54,525 nt of DNA from Opitutales bacterium (GTDB taxonomy: Bacteria > Verrucomicrobiota > Verrucomicrobiia > Opitutales > Seribacteraceae). Under the pieces are notes generated by a model, which ran no database searches, was not told where the DNA came from, and saw only the letters and a list, made by a program, of their open reading frames with translations. Made by a program: the position numbers and the translations under genes. Numbering within the stretch: the stretch's first letter is position 1; every line of letters starts with the position of its first letter. Location of the stretch: contig JAYPZT010000001.1 of assembly GCA_038136415.1 (NCBI GenBank), positions 1-54,525 on the forward strand, given 5' to 3'. Below are positions 1 to 10,182 of this stretch, piece by piece.

Positions 1-2
1 AT

Positions 3-611
3 CTCTCCTCTTTTGCTCTTCTTGGTGGTGCGATTGGTGTGGGTATTGGTTTTGGCCTCCAAAAAGTGGTTTCCAATTTAGTCAGTGGCTTAATTCTGCT
101 TCTTGACCGTTCGATAAAGCCGGGAGATGTCATTGAAATTGATAATACTTATGGCTGGATAAATTCTCTTCGTGCACGCTATGCATCCATCATTACCCGT
201 GATGGGAAAGAGCATCTAATTCCCAATGAGGATTTAATCACAAACCGGGTGATTAACTGGTCCTTCAGTGACAAAAATATTCGTGTTCGTGTGCCGGTTG
301 GAATCTCCTATGATTCAGACCCGCGCCTGGCGATGCAGATTTGTGTGGAAGCAGCCAAGTCCTCCGGACGGGTCCTTAACGATCCTGAACCCCGTTGTCT
401 GCTTACCGGATTTGGGGACAATTCCGTCGATTTGGAGCTCAGGTTTTGGATTAACGACCCATCCAACGGCGTGGGAAATGCAAGAAGTGAGGTATTCCTG
501 GGTATTTGGGACCGATTTCAGGAAGCAGGCATATCTATTCCCTTCCCTCAGAGAGATCTACATTTGCGCAGTTGGCCTGAAGAGCTAATCAAAGCAAAGA
601 CTCGTCAATAA
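3..611 (+). CDS. Small-conductance mechanosensitive channel (MscS family), 5'-truncated by window edge
   Basis: Frame is open from the window start ([20 protein letters not shown]). MscS signatures GIGFGLQ..SN.VSG, PGD.IEI, IPN, NWS and GI.IPFPQR are present. Confidence 0.9.
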   Translation, partial: LSSFALLGGAIGVGIGFGLQKVVSNLVSGLILLLDRSIKPGDVIEIDNTYGWINSLRARYASIITRDGKEHLIPNEDLITNRVINWSFSDKNIRVRVPVGISYDSDPRLAMQICVEAAKSSGRVLNDPEPRCLLTGFGDNSVDLELRFWINDPSNGVGNARSEVFLGIWDRFQEAGISIPFPQRDLHLRSWPEELIKAKTRQ

Positions 612-702
612 ACAGTTTTTTAAGTACATCGGTACGAGTGGCCAGCTCATCCCTTCCAAGCTTGCCAATTTCTTCTAAATTCTGTTTGTTTGTCCCTTTG
701 TC

Positions 703-1038
703 ATGACACTTCCAACCGTAGATTCTTTTTCATTTATTCATGCTCTGGCGATGGCACCTTCTGGAGATCCATCCGCACCTGGAGGGGGACTCATGAGCTT
801 TTTGCCCATGATTTTAATTTTTGTAGCCTTCTGGTTTCTCTTGATTGCCCCGCAAAGAAAGAAACAAAAAGAGCACGATAAAATGATCAAGGCTTTGGAA
901 AAGGGTGCCAATGTCAAAACCGTGGGTGGGATTTTTGGAACTGTGACCGGAGTAAAAGATGATCGTTTTGTGGTGCGTATCGCAGAAAACATCAAAGTCG
1001 AGGTTTCCAAAGACGCGATCTCCGCAAAGATCGATTAA
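703..1038 (+). CDS. yajC: Preprotein translocase subunit YajC
   Basis: Single TM FLPMILIFVAFWFLLIAPQRKKQKEH plus V.T.GGI.G.V; lies directly upstream of secDF. Confidence 0.93.
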   Translation: MTLPTVDSFSFIHALAMAPSGDPSAPGGGLMSFLPMILIFVAFWFLLIAPQRKKQKEHDKMIKALEKGANVKTVGGIFGTVTGVKDDRFVVRIAENIKVEVSKDAISAKID

Positions 1039-1091
1039 TTTTACTCTTCCCTTTTCCTTTCTGCCCGAAAGGATTTTCTCCTGTATCAATT

Positions 1092-3770
1092 ATGAATCGT
1101 TCGAATACCTGGAAACTCATTTTTATCGCATTTATCACTGCGATTAGTGTGTCGTTAATTCTTCCTCTTGAGGATCAGGAACTCGGAGAATACGCTCTTT
1201 CCCAGGTTACCTCGGATGCAAATGCATCTTTTCATGCCGGGCACGAGCAGTTTTCTGAAGTTATTGATAATTTGAGACTACAAATCCCTGAAGACCAGCC
1301 AATTAATTACTCTGCTCTCCGGGACTATGGTCTCAGAAACCGCCTCGATTATGCGGCTTATTTCCGCCCGCCACAGGGATTTTTTGGCACTGTGGGTTCC
1401 CGCCTTGTTCCTTTTCTGGTTAAACCTGGTATCCGGGCAACTCATGTCAAAGACAGAAACAAAAGAAATGATCTTGTCCTCCGTACCCTGCTGAAAAAAT
1501 CTCAAGCCGCAATCAAGCGTGGTTTGGATTTGCGCGGTGGTATCGCCTTCACCATGGAAGCCACCGATATCAATGTGACCGCTGACCTTGATCAGGCATC
1601 GGGTGCATCAGCAATGGACAAAGTCGTGGAAATTATGAGCGAACGACTCAATGCGTTCGGGGTAGCCGAAACCCTCGTCCGAAAGAAAGGAGACCGCGCC
1701 ATTGAAGTACAAATTCCTGACCTTACCACCAAGCAGGATCCAGGAATCATCAGCGAATTGCAGAAACCAGCCAAGCTGGAATTCCGCATTGTAAATACCA
1801 ATGCCGAAGCACCTGTTCCCGTTTTGGAAGGAGAGGAATGGACCGACGATGAAGGAATTCCTTATGTTGCTCTTTTACGTAGTGATGCCCAGCCCAATGA
1901 AAGACCTATTTGGGTAAGACGCCTGTGGTCTGCGGATGGGGAAATTATCTCGGAGGCTTACCCCCGGCAGGATCAAATGGGCGGATGGGAAGTGGGCCTT
2001 GATTTCACTACTGAAGGAGGAAAATTATTTGGTGATTTAACTGGCCAAATTGCCCAAATGAGTGACTTGGCAACAGGCATGCCTGGTCGCCTAGCTATTG
2101 TACTGGACGGCAAGCTGGAAAGTGCTCCCACAGTCAAGGAAAGAATCGGGGGAGGCAGTGCGGTAATCACTGGGAACTTCAGTTTCCGCGAAGCCAAGAT
2201 GCTTTCGGATATTCTCAATAACCCTCTCAAAGTATCCCTCTCCATTGGGGAACAATATGAAGTATCCCCCACTCTGGCGGCTGGTGCTCTCTCCAGTAGT
2301 GTCAATGCATGCCTGCTGGGATCCATTTTAGTTATCGCGTTTATGATTGTCTGGTACAAGGCAGGAGGAATTGTAGCGGTTGTATCGGTTGCTCTCAATG
2401 TTTTGCTTGTTATCGCTATTCTTGCTGGCATTTTTCAGGCAACTTTTACCCTTCCTGGTATGGCAGCTCTTGTACTGACTATCGGTATGGCGGTGGATGC
2501 GAACATTCTGATTTTTGAAAGAATTCGCGAGGAATTGAAAGCTGGTAAATCCCCGGAGCATTCCTTGGAGGGTGGATATGCCAAAGCCTTTTCCACTATC
2601 ATTGACGCAAACATAACCACTTTGATCACTGCGAGCATTCTTATCTGGTTAGGTACCGGACCCGTGAAGGGTTTTGGTATTACTCTAGCCATAGGTATCG
2701 CTTCCTCCGTATTCTGTGCCCTGTTTGTGAGCCGTTTTTTCCTAACCTTCCTTCTTAAATCTGGAGTCCAAAACTTGATTAGTTTGCAGAACATTCAAAA
2801 AGCAGATCCCAAGGAAAGCATTGATTTTCTTAAGTACCGCAAGATTGCATTTTTGGCGTCCTGGATCGTTGTGGGAATTGGAATCTTCTCGGTTTATTCC
2901 AAGAAGGATTCGATTCTTGGAATCGATTTCCGCGGAGGAGAAGAATTGGTCGCCGGTTTTACGAGTGCGATTGATGCCGGAGATCTGGAAGAATCCTTTC
3001 AGGCAAACTCTGACCTGGGAGAAGTTCAGCATGTATACCGCTCTGAGGTTGGTTCTGGCGAAGGAGCCAGTCGGTTGGTTCTTCAAACTGAAACAGGTAA
3101 ATCCAGAGAAGCTCTGTCTCATTTGCAAAAACAATTCCCCGAATCCTCTTTTATTGAAGAAGGACTCAGCAATATTGGAGGCTCGGTTAGCGAACAAATC
3201 AAAAGTGATGCCATCCTCTCCGTATCCGTTGCTCTGCTCGGGATCTTACTATATGTAGCTCTTCGTTTCGAAATGGGATACGCAATTGGTGCAGTTGTCG
3301 CCACTATTCATGACATACTCATGACAGTTGGACTGTTTGTCCTGATTGGTCATTTATCTGATGGAATGATTTGCTCAGGTCAGTTTACTGCCCCCATGCT
3401 TGCTTCTATTCTAATGATTGTTGGATATTCCATCAATGATACCATTGTGGTTTTTGATCGGATTCGGGAAGAATTGGAACTCAACCCGGTTACCAATCTT
3501 CGGAAGATTGTAACTATTGCTATCAATCGTGTTCTTTCGAGATCCGTTCTCACAAGTTTCACTACCTTACTGGCGGCCACCTCCCTCTGGATTTTTGGTG
3601 CCGGAATCATCAATGATTTCGCCTTTGTATTTGTGATCGGAATTCTTACGGGTACTTTCTCCTCCATCTTTATCGCGAGCCCTATTTTCTACTTCTGGCA
3701 TCGTGGAGACAGGAAGCACGTTGAAGAAGGAGAGTTTTTGCCCAAGTACGACTGGCAGACCTCAAAATAG
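1092..3770 (+). CDS. secDF: Fused protein translocase subunit SecDF
   Basis: GLDLRGG, GMAVDANILIFERIREE, IIDANITT and GPVKGF (SecD); GIDFRGG, HD and GYSINDTIVVFDRIRE (SecF). Confidence 0.96.
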   Translation: MNRSNTWKLIFIAFITAISVSLILPLEDQELGEYALSQVTSDANASFHAGHEQFSEVIDNLRLQIPEDQPINYSALRDYGLRNRLDYAAYFRPPQGFFGTVGSRLVPFLVKPGIRATHVKDRNKRNDLVLRTLLKKSQAAIKRGLDLRGGIAFTMEATDINVTADLDQASGASAMDKVVEIMSERLNAFGVAETLVRKKGDRAIEVQIPDLTTKQDPGIISELQKPAKLEFRIVNTNAEAPVPVLEGEEWTDDEGIPYVALLRSDAQPNERPIWVRRLWSADGEIISEAYPRQDQMGGWEVGLDFTTEGGKLFGDLTGQIAQMSDLATGMPGRLAIVLDGKLESAPTVKERIGGGSAVITGNFSFREAKMLSDILNNPLKVSLSIGEQYEVSPTLAAGALSSSVNACLLGSILVIAFMIVWYKAGGIVAVVSVALNVLLVIAILAGIFQATFTLPGMAALVLTIGMAVDANILIFERIREELKAGKSPEHSLEGGYAKAFSTIIDANITTLITASILIWLGTGPVKGFGITLAIGIASSVFCALFVSRFFLTFLLKSGVQNLISLQNIQKADPKESIDFLKYRKIAFLASWIVVGIGIFSVYSKKDSILGIDFRGGEELVAGFTSAIDAGDLEESFQANSDLGEVQHVYRSEVGSGEGASRLVLQTETGKSREALSHLQKQFPESSFIEEGLSNIGGSVSEQIKSDAILSVSVALLGILLYVALRFEMGYAIGAVVATIHDILMTVGLFVLIGHLSDGMICSGQFTAPMLASILMIVGYSINDTIVVFDRIREELELNPVTNLRKIVTIAINRVLSRSVLTSFTTLLAATSLWIFGAGIINDFAFVFVIGILTGTFSSIFIASPIFYFWHRGDRKHVEEGEFLPKYDWQTSK

Positions 3771-3802
3771 GAATTTTATTTTTTTGATTTAGCGGCTCGA
3801 TT

Positions 3803-5530
3803 GTGAAGGAGTGGATCGAGCAGGATGCGGATCAATCCTCCGTTGATATACTCCTAGGGGGACTAGGAGTATCGAAAATAGTGGCCGAGTTGATGGCGAA
3901 AAGAGGATTTCAAGATCCCGTCATTGCCGATCAATTCCTTTCCCCGAAATTAAAACATCTCCAGGACCCTTTTCTGATTCAGAATATGGAGACTGCAGTG
4001 AATCGGATATTCGTAGCCAGAGAAAAAAAACAACAGGTTTTAATTGTGGGCGATTACGATGTGGATGGAATTTCCTCCACGGTTATGACAAAACAGGGCC
4101 TTCAATCTCTGGATATCCATGCAGACACCATCATTCCCCAAAGAATAACCGAAGGGTATGGACTCACTAAGAAAGTTCTTCAACGGGGACTACAAGGAAG
4201 GGATTACAGCTTGGTGATTGCTTTGGATTGTGGAACCAACTCGGTTGAGGAAGCTAGGTATCTCAGTGAACAGGGAATCGATTTACTGGTTGTTGATCAT
4301 CATCAACTAAAATCGGGAGATTCACCCTTGGCTACCATTGTAAATCCTCATCTACAGGAAGACCATGGACAACCATGGAGGAACCTTTGCACCGCCGGAC
4401 TGTGTTTCAAACTTATTCATGCACTTTACAAAAAGGCCCGGGAGTTGGACTTGCCTGATGCTGATCAACTTACGCCAAGAGACTTTCTCCCTCTCTGTGC
4501 GATCGGGACTCTGGCAGATTTAGTACCCCTTCAAGGTGAGAGTAGAATTTTTTCACACTTTGGAATTAAAAGGTTATTCCTAGATGCATCACCTGGATTA
4601 AGAGCCATTCTTAAAGAATGTGGAATGAATGAGTCCATGGAGCCAGAAACGGAGGATATTACTTACAAACTAGCTCCAAGAATCAATGCATGCGGAAGGT
4701 TAAATGAACCAGAGACCGCCGTTGCACTGCTTCTGGAGAGCGATGAGGAGGATTGTGCAAAACTTGCGGGCAGACTCACTCATCTTAACGAACAGCGAAA
4801 AGGAATTGAAGCAGAACTTACCGCGGATGCTTTAGCTCAGGCAGAAAAGTATTTTACTGATCAGCCCGCAGTTGTGGTGACCGGGAGTGGAGATGGTTGG
4901 CACCCAGGAGTGGTTGGCATTGTTGCCGGCAAACTGGCCAACTCCCTCAATAAGCCATGTCTGGTTTTGGCCAAATCAGAGGATGATGAATATACAGGCT
5001 CTGGACGGGGAATCCCCGGATTGAACTTAGTTGAAATTTTATCCCACTGCCAGGATTACCTGACTCACTGGGGCGGTCATCCAATTGCAGTTGGCCTCGG
5101 GCTACAGGAGAGCAAACTGGAAGCATTTACTAAGAAATTTACTGAGTGTACCAACCGCTTGTTTAGCCCAACTACAGAGAGACCAACTCTTCAGATTGAT
5201 GCAGTGGTTGACCCAAAGGAATTGAATTACAAGCTTCTGGGAGATATCAATTCCCTCGGACCGTTTGGACAGGACAACCCTGAGCCGGTTATCGCAGTGA
5301 AAGGGATTATGTTGGACACCCCTCCTCGCAAAATTAGCAAAGGCGAGCATTTTCAGTTTTCCTTCCACAATGGGTTGGATTTTATCCGTGGCATCGCCTG
5401 GAGAATGGGAAAAAATATACCTCCTTGTGATCAGAGGATAGATTTAGCTTTTAAGCTTCGGAGGAATAATTGGAACGGAAGAAGCTCGCTTCAGTTGGTT
5501 TTGGAAGACTGGAAGATAAGTAATGGCTAA
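3803..5530 (+). CDS. recJ: Single-stranded-DNA-specific exonuclease RecJ
   Basis: DHH-family motifs GDYDVDG, DCG, VDHH, GTLADLVPL, PRINACGRL and GGH; GTG start. Confidence 0.95.
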   Translation: MKEWIEQDADQSSVDILLGGLGVSKIVAELMAKRGFQDPVIADQFLSPKLKHLQDPFLIQNMETAVNRIFVAREKKQQVLIVGDYDVDGISSTVMTKQGLQSLDIHADTIIPQRITEGYGLTKKVLQRGLQGRDYSLVIALDCGTNSVEEARYLSEQGIDLLVVDHHQLKSGDSPLATIVNPHLQEDHGQPWRNLCTAGLCFKLIHALYKKARELDLPDADQLTPRDFLPLCAIGTLADLVPLQGESRIFSHFGIKRLFLDASPGLRAILKECGMNESMEPETEDITYKLAPRINACGRLNEPETAVALLLESDEEDCAKLAGRLTHLNEQRKGIEAELTADALAQAEKYFTDQPAVVVTGSGDGWHPGVVGIVAGKLANSLNKPCLVLAKSEDDEYTGSGRGIPGLNLVEILSHCQDYLTHWGGHPIAVGLGLQESKLEAFTKKFTECTNRLFSPTTERPTLQIDAVVDPKELNYKLLGDINSLGPFGQDNPEPVIAVKGIMLDTPPRKISKGEHFQFSFHNGLDFIRGIAWRMGKNIPPCDQRIDLAFKLRRNNWNGRSSLQLVLEDWKISNG

Positions 5531-5548
5531 GATCAATAAGAATACATG

Positions 5549-7054
5549 CTAAGGATTAATTTTCTCCTCCAAAAATTGCATGGCTTCCTCCACTGACATT
5601 CTTTGCTGATCGGTTGAATCACGATCCCTCAGGGTAATAGAGCCGTCTCCTTCGATCGTGTCAAAATCTACAGTCAGGGCAAAAGGTACCCCCGCTTCAT
5701 CCGCCCGGCGATAACGGCGGCCGATAGCCCCGGATTGATCATAGGTCACATTCCATCTTCTTTGTAATCGCTTGTAGAGTGCCTCAGCTTTTTCGACCAA
5801 TTCCGGTTTATTTTTCACCAAGGGCAAAACAGATGCTTTGATGGGCGCAACCCGTGGATGAAATTTCATCACTGTGCGTTTTTCACCACCCACTTCATCA
5901 ATCTGATAAGCGGCACAAAGCACAGCGAGAAAGGTACGGTCTACTCCGAGACTGGGCTCAATCACATGAGGGAGATAACGCTCCTTGAGGCCTTCATCGA
6001 AATATTCCAGGCTTTTGCCTGAGTGATCCTGATGTTGGGTTAGATCAAAATTACCACGGGCGGCGATTCCCTCAAGCTCATGCTCGCCGAAGGGAAACTT
6101 AAAAGTGATATCTGTACAGGCTTGGGCATAGTGAGCTAACTTATTTTTGGGATGCTCTTCTTCGCCCAGCATTTCAGAGGTTAAACCGATGGATTCAAAC
6201 CACTGCTTTCTGGCATCGATCCATTGGCGGTGATAGCGGGGCCAGTGCTCATCTCCGGGTGGTATAAAATACTCGATTTCCATCTGCTCAAACTCACGGG
6301 ATCGGAAGATGAAATTTCGTGGGGTAATTTCATTGCGGAATGCTTTTCCAATCTGGGCAATTCCGAAAGGAACTTTTACACGACCTGTGTCCACGATGTT
6401 TTTAAAATTGGCAAATATCCCCTGAGCTGTTTCCGGACGTAAATAGCACTTTGATGATCCATCCCGTAATGCACCCACATGTGTTTCAAACATCATATTG
6501 AATTCACGGGGAGGAGTAAGAGAACCAGGCTTTCCCGTAGCAGGGGAAGGAACACATAATTGTTCTTCGGCGGATAATTCATCATATGGGCGAAGATCGA
6601 TTGCGTCTAAGGCACCTTGCTTGGATGCTTTTCTTTTGAGAGATTCCGCCATTTTTTCGGCATCTGGCACCATGGTCTCTGATTCCAGCATTGAAATCCA
6701 TCCCAGGGAATCTCCATCGACTGATACCTCTGCCGCATAAAGCTGATCCGCCCGGTACCTCATTTTCGATTCCTTACAATCAACCATTGGATCCGTAAAT
6801 CCATCGACATGTCCCGAAGCCTGCCAAATTTTAGAATTCATGATGATACTGGAGTCCAGACCGACCATATCATCCCGCCTCCTCACCATATCCTCCCACC
6901 AGGCATCCTTGATATTTTTTCGTAATTCTACACCAAGTGGTCCGTAATCAAAAAAACCGTTCAATCCTCCATAAATTTCTGAAGACTGGAAAACAAAGCC
7001 CCTTCGCTTGCATAGAGAGATGATCTCTTCCATCAAAGTATTTTCTTTTGTCAT
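5549..7054 (-). CDS. glyQS: Glycine--tRNA ligase, homodimeric (alpha2) type
   Basis: [55 protein letters not shown] and [10 protein letters not shown] at 7054 chosen; an in-frame GTG at 7063 is also possible. Confidence 0.96.
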   Translation of the reverse strand: MTKENTLMEEIISLCKRRGFVFQSSEIYGGLNGFFDYGPLGVELRKNIKDAWWEDMVRRRDDMVGLDSSIIMNSKIWQASGHVDGFTDPMVDCKESKMRYRADQLYAAEVSVDGDSLGWISMLESETMVPDAEKMAESLKRKASKQGALDAIDLRPYDELSAEEQLCVPSPATGKPGSLTPPREFNMMFETHVGALRDGSSKCYLRPETAQGIFANFKNIVDTGRVKVPFGIAQIGKAFRNEITPRNFIFRSREFEQMEIEYFIPPGDEHWPRYHRQWIDARKQWFESIGLTSEMLGEEEHPKNKLAHYAQACTDITFKFPFGEHELEGIAARGNFDLTQHQDHSGKSLEYFDEGLKERYLPHVIEPSLGVDRTFLAVLCAAYQIDEVGGEKRTVMKFHPRVAPIKASVLPLVKNKPELVEKAEALYKRLQRRWNVTYDQSGAIGRRYRRADEAGVPFALTVDFDTIEGDGSITLRDRDSTDQQRMSVEEAMQFLEEKINP

Positions 7055-7147
7055 AATAGCCACTCAACGATAAATTATTATAAAGCTGGCACAATCCTTA
7101 TCCTGTGAAAACATCATTGAATCCGAGGTTTTCCGAATAACTTCAAG

Positions 7148-7176
7148 TTGACTAGCAACGAACTTCTTCCTTGAAT
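7148..7176 (+). promoter_or_regulatory. Putative sigma70-like promoter for the small lipoprotein gene
   Basis: TTGACT-17 bp-TTGAAT ending 10 nt before ATG 7187. Confidence 0.3.
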
Positions 7177-7186
7177 GAAATAATAT

Positions 7187-7459
7187 ATGTCAAGTGTACC
7201 CAAGTATAAAAAAGTAATTCAAGTGGTGCTTCTCCCCCTACTTGTTTGTTTGCTGTGCTCAGGTTGCTCTTTCACACCCAAAAAATACTTTTCCAAGAAA
7301 TTTAACTTAGCTGGAGCGATTACCCATGAGCCAGGTTCATTCGAGCCTATTGAGACAGGGTCTTTGCATCTAAGCTCAGAAGAAGTAATGCACAGAAGGG
7401 ATTTTAGAGGATCCAAGACTACCCTTATGTGGGGTCTTTTTACTTTCACTGACTATTGA
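7187..7459 (+). CDS. Small hypothetical protein, probable lipoprotein
   Basis: Basic N-terminus, hydrophobic stretch and lipobox-like LCSGC; fills the space between glyQS and the Fur-family gene. Confidence 0.7.
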   Translation: MSSVPKYKKVIQVVLLPLLVCLLCSGCSFTPKKYFSKKFNLAGAITHEPGSFEPIETGSLHLSSEEVMHRRDFRGSKTTLMWGLFTFTDY

Positions 7460-7483
7460 GGCATTCTTCTGCCTTTATTAAAA

Positions 7484-7498
7484 TTAGAATAATTCCAT
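7484..7498. promoter_or_regulatory. PerR/Fur-box-like operator
   Basis: TTAGAATAATTCCAT resembles the 7-1-7 Per box (TTATAATnATTATAA) and sits just upstream of a PerR-like gene. Confidence 0.45.
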
Positions 7499-7503
7499 TT
7501 TTC

Positions 7504-7531
7504 TTGCGAGAAACAGAAACTCGCATAGGAT
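7504..7531 (+). promoter_or_regulatory. Putative sigma70-like promoter of the fur-suf operon
   Basis: TTGCGA-16 bp-TAGGAT, 12 nt before ATG 7544; overlapped by the inverted repeat TGCGAG-N9-CTCGCA. Confidence 0.4.
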
Positions 7532-7543
7532 AATATGGCTTAA

Positions 7544-7969
7544 ATGAAAGCTAAGCCTGCCAAAGAAGATATCAAAAACACCCTCAAAAATAGTGGTGTC
7601 AGACCGACTAGGCAGAGAGTTACAGTGTATGAATCAATATTGCTTAAAAGAGATCACCCGACCGCAGATGAGATTTTCACCAGAGCGAGAAAAAAACTCC
7701 CCTCCATCTCATTTGCCACGGTTTATAATTGTCTCGAGACACTTACTCAATCTTCCTTGGTAAAGCAGATCGTTTTTGACCGGTCTTCAGCCAGATACTG
7801 TCCAAATTTATCTCCACATGCCCACTTCAAGTGCTCCGAAAGTGGAAAGATCTTCGATTTGGAACTCGATAAGTCTTTGGTAGATTCGATTAAGCAATCT
7901 TTGCCGGACCATTATTCTTCTGACAATTTTGAACTTACCTTCACAGGTACCTTTAACTCCTCCAATTAA
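7544..7969 (+). CDS. Fur-family transcriptional regulator (PerR-like)
   Basis: G.R.T.QR, HPTADEI, IS.ATVYN.L and H-x-H-F-x-C; heads the suf operon. Confidence 0.9.
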   Translation: MKAKPAKEDIKNTLKNSGVRPTRQRVTVYESILLKRDHPTADEIFTRARKKLPSISFATVYNCLETLTQSSLVKQIVFDRSSARYCPNLSPHAHFKCSESGKIFDLELDKSLVDSIKQSLPDHYSSDNFELTFTGTFNSSN

Positions 7970-7992
7970 AATCGTCTACTTACTACTATAAA

Positions 7993-8745
7993 GTGAACAC
8001 TCTAAAAATTGAAAATCTTTCCGCCTCTATTGAGGATAAAGAAATTCTTCGCAATCTTAGTCTTACCATCCCCAAGGGAGAAGTGCATGCAATCATGGGT
8101 CCCAATGGAAGCGGAAAGAGTACTCTCGCGAAAGTTCTTTCCGGCCATCCAGATTATGAAGTTACCGGTGGTTCTGTAAGCTTGGACGATGAAGAAATTC
8201 TCGGTCTGGAACCTGATGAAATTTCAAGACTTGGATTGTTTCTCGCATTTCAGTATCCGATGGAAGTACCCGGTGTGAGTATTGCAAATTTCATCCGAGC
8301 TGCCCGCAATGCACGGCTTGCAGAAGGGGAGAAAGTCAAGGCGGTTGATTTTTACAAAGAACTTTATGAAAAGATGGATGATCTCGGCATGGATAGGAAA
8401 TTCACCTCCCGTTCGCTCAATGATGGTTTTTCAGGGGGTGAAAAAAAACGCTGTGAAATTCTGCAAATGTCGATGCTTGATCCCAAGTACTGCATTCTGG
8501 ATGAAACAGACAGTGGTCTGGACATCGATGCACTCCGGGTCGTTTCGGAAGGGGTAAACCGGATGCGCAATCCTGATCGTGGAATTTTGGTTATCACCCA
8601 TTACCAAAGACTTTTGGAATATATTGTGCCCGACTATGTTCATGTAATGTCTGAAGGTAAAATCATCCGAACTGCTGGAAAAGAACTCGCTCTTGAACTG
8701 GAAGAACGCGGATATGACTGGATCAAACAAGAGGCAGCCGCTTAA
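7993..8745 (+). CDS. sufC: Fe-S cluster assembly ATPase SufC
   Basis: [38 protein letters not shown] and ITHY. Confidence 0.97.
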   Translation: MNTLKIENLSASIEDKEILRNLSLTIPKGEVHAIMGPNGSGKSTLAKVLSGHPDYEVTGGSVSLDDEEILGLEPDEISRLGLFLAFQYPMEVPGVSIANFIRAARNARLAEGEKVKAVDFYKELYEKMDDLGMDRKFTSRSLNDGFSGGEKKRCEILQMSMLDPKYCILDETDSGLDIDALRVVSEGVNRMRNPDRGILVITHYQRLLEYIVPDYVHVMSEGKIIRTAGKELALELEERGYDWIKQEAAA

Positions 8746-8769
8746 AGGAGCTCCGCCACTGCAAATACT

Positions 8770-10176
8770 ATGATTAGTCCATCACAAGTTGAAGTTGATA
8801 GAGATAAAGGGAATTTTCATTATGAAACTGACTACTCTTTTGATGCAGGTATAGGGTTGTCCGAAGATGTGGTTAAATACATTTCCGATGTTAAAGGAGA
8901 AGATCCCTGGCTTTTGGATTTTAGACTAAAAGCACTGTCCACTTTTGAAAAAAAACCAATGCCCACCCATTGGGCTACTGATGATCTCAAGAATATTGAT
9001 TTTGATGTTATCCGTTACTACCTGGCCAAAGGGCAACGCCCAAGCCGCACATGGGATGAAGTGCCGGACGATGTAAAAAATACTTTTGAGAGACTGGGGA
9101 TTCCGGAGCAGGAAAGAAAATTTCTCGCGGGTGTGGAAGCACAGTTTGATAGTGAAGCTGCCTATTCGAGAATGAAAGAAGATCTCGAAAAAGAGGGCGT
9201 TATTTTTGTTGGTTCCACTGAGGGTCTGAAGGAACATCCGGAAATTTTCAAAAAATGGTTTGGTAAAGTCATTCCCACATCCGACAACAAATTTTCGGCT
9301 CTGAATAGTGCAGTATTTTCAGGTGGTAGTTTTATTTATATTCCACCTGGAGTGAAATTAGCTCAACCTCTACAGGCATATTTCCGGATTAACGCAGAAA
9401 ATTTTGGTCAATTTGAGCGTACCCTGATCATCGCGGACGAAGGCTCTGAAGTAATGTACATGGAGGGATGCACCGCACCAAAATTTGAGACATCCACTCT
9501 TCACAGTGCGGTGGTTGAGCTTGTGGCCCTGAAGGGAGCAAAAATCCAGTATGTCACTGTACAGAACTGGTCAAACAATGTTTTCAATCTCGTCACGAAA
9601 AGGGCTCTTGCGGAAGAGGAAGCCGAAGTACGCTGGATCGATTGCAATATTGGATCCAGGCTGACGATGAAATATCCCGGGGTTGTGCTTCGCGGGAGAA
9701 AAGCCCGGGGAGAAGTGGTCTCCATCGCTCTGGCCAACGATGGGCAACACCAGGACACCGGTGCTAAAATGGTTCACGCCGCAGATGAAACATCAAGCAA
9801 TGTAATATCCAAATCTATCTCGATTGGGGAAGGTAGAGCTTCTTACCGCGGACTTGTTCAAATGCCCGGACATCTCAAGGGCTGTAAAAACAATACTGAA
9901 TGTGACGCCCTGCTTATCAACAGCAATAGCCAGACAGATACCTACCCTGCCATAACGGTTCAGGGAGATGCAAATTCCGTACAGCACGAAGCCAGCGTAT
10001 CCAAAGTCAGTGCTGAACAAATCTTTTATATGCAACAACGGGGGCTTGGTGAGGCAGAAGCGATGAGTCTTTGTGTGAATGGATTTGTAAATGATTTAAT
10101 CAGGGAATTCCCCATGGAATATAGTGTGGAATTGAAACGATTGATTGATTTAGAGATGGAAGGCTCCGTCGGGTAA
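8770..10176 (+). CDS. sufB: Fe-S cluster assembly protein SufB
   Basis: [36 protein letters not shown] and PMEY; ends MEGSVG. Confidence 0.97.
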   Translation: MISPSQVEVDRDKGNFHYETDYSFDAGIGLSEDVVKYISDVKGEDPWLLDFRLKALSTFEKKPMPTHWATDDLKNIDFDVIRYYLAKGQRPSRTWDEVPDDVKNTFERLGIPEQERKFLAGVEAQFDSEAAYSRMKEDLEKEGVIFVGSTEGLKEHPEIFKKWFGKVIPTSDNKFSALNSAVFSGGSFIYIPPGVKLAQPLQAYFRINAENFGQFERTLIIADEGSEVMYMEGCTAPKFETSTLHSAVVELVALKGAKIQYVTVQNWSNNVFNLVTKRALAEEEAEVRWIDCNIGSRLTMKYPGVVLRGRKARGEVVSIALANDGQHQDTGAKMVHAADETSSNVISKSISIGEGRASYRGLVQMPGHLKGCKNNTECDALLINSNSQTDTYPAITVQGDANSVQHEASVSKVSAEQIFYMQQRGLGEAEAMSLCVNGFVNDLIREFPMEYSVELKRLIDLEMEGSVG

Positions 10177-10182
10177 AACATC

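Noticed and set aside
7064-7186. T-box leader or tRNA upstream of glyQS
   Set aside because: The region is too short for a T-box, and no T-box sequence or cloverleaf is visible.
7459-7480. Intrinsic terminator after the small lipoprotein gene
   Set aside because: Only a 5-bp stem (AGGCA/TGCCT) with a broken U-tract, too weak to call.
8770-10176. Intein in SufB
   Set aside because: The protein is a normal 468 aa with no inserted C...HN splice segment or endonuclease motifs.
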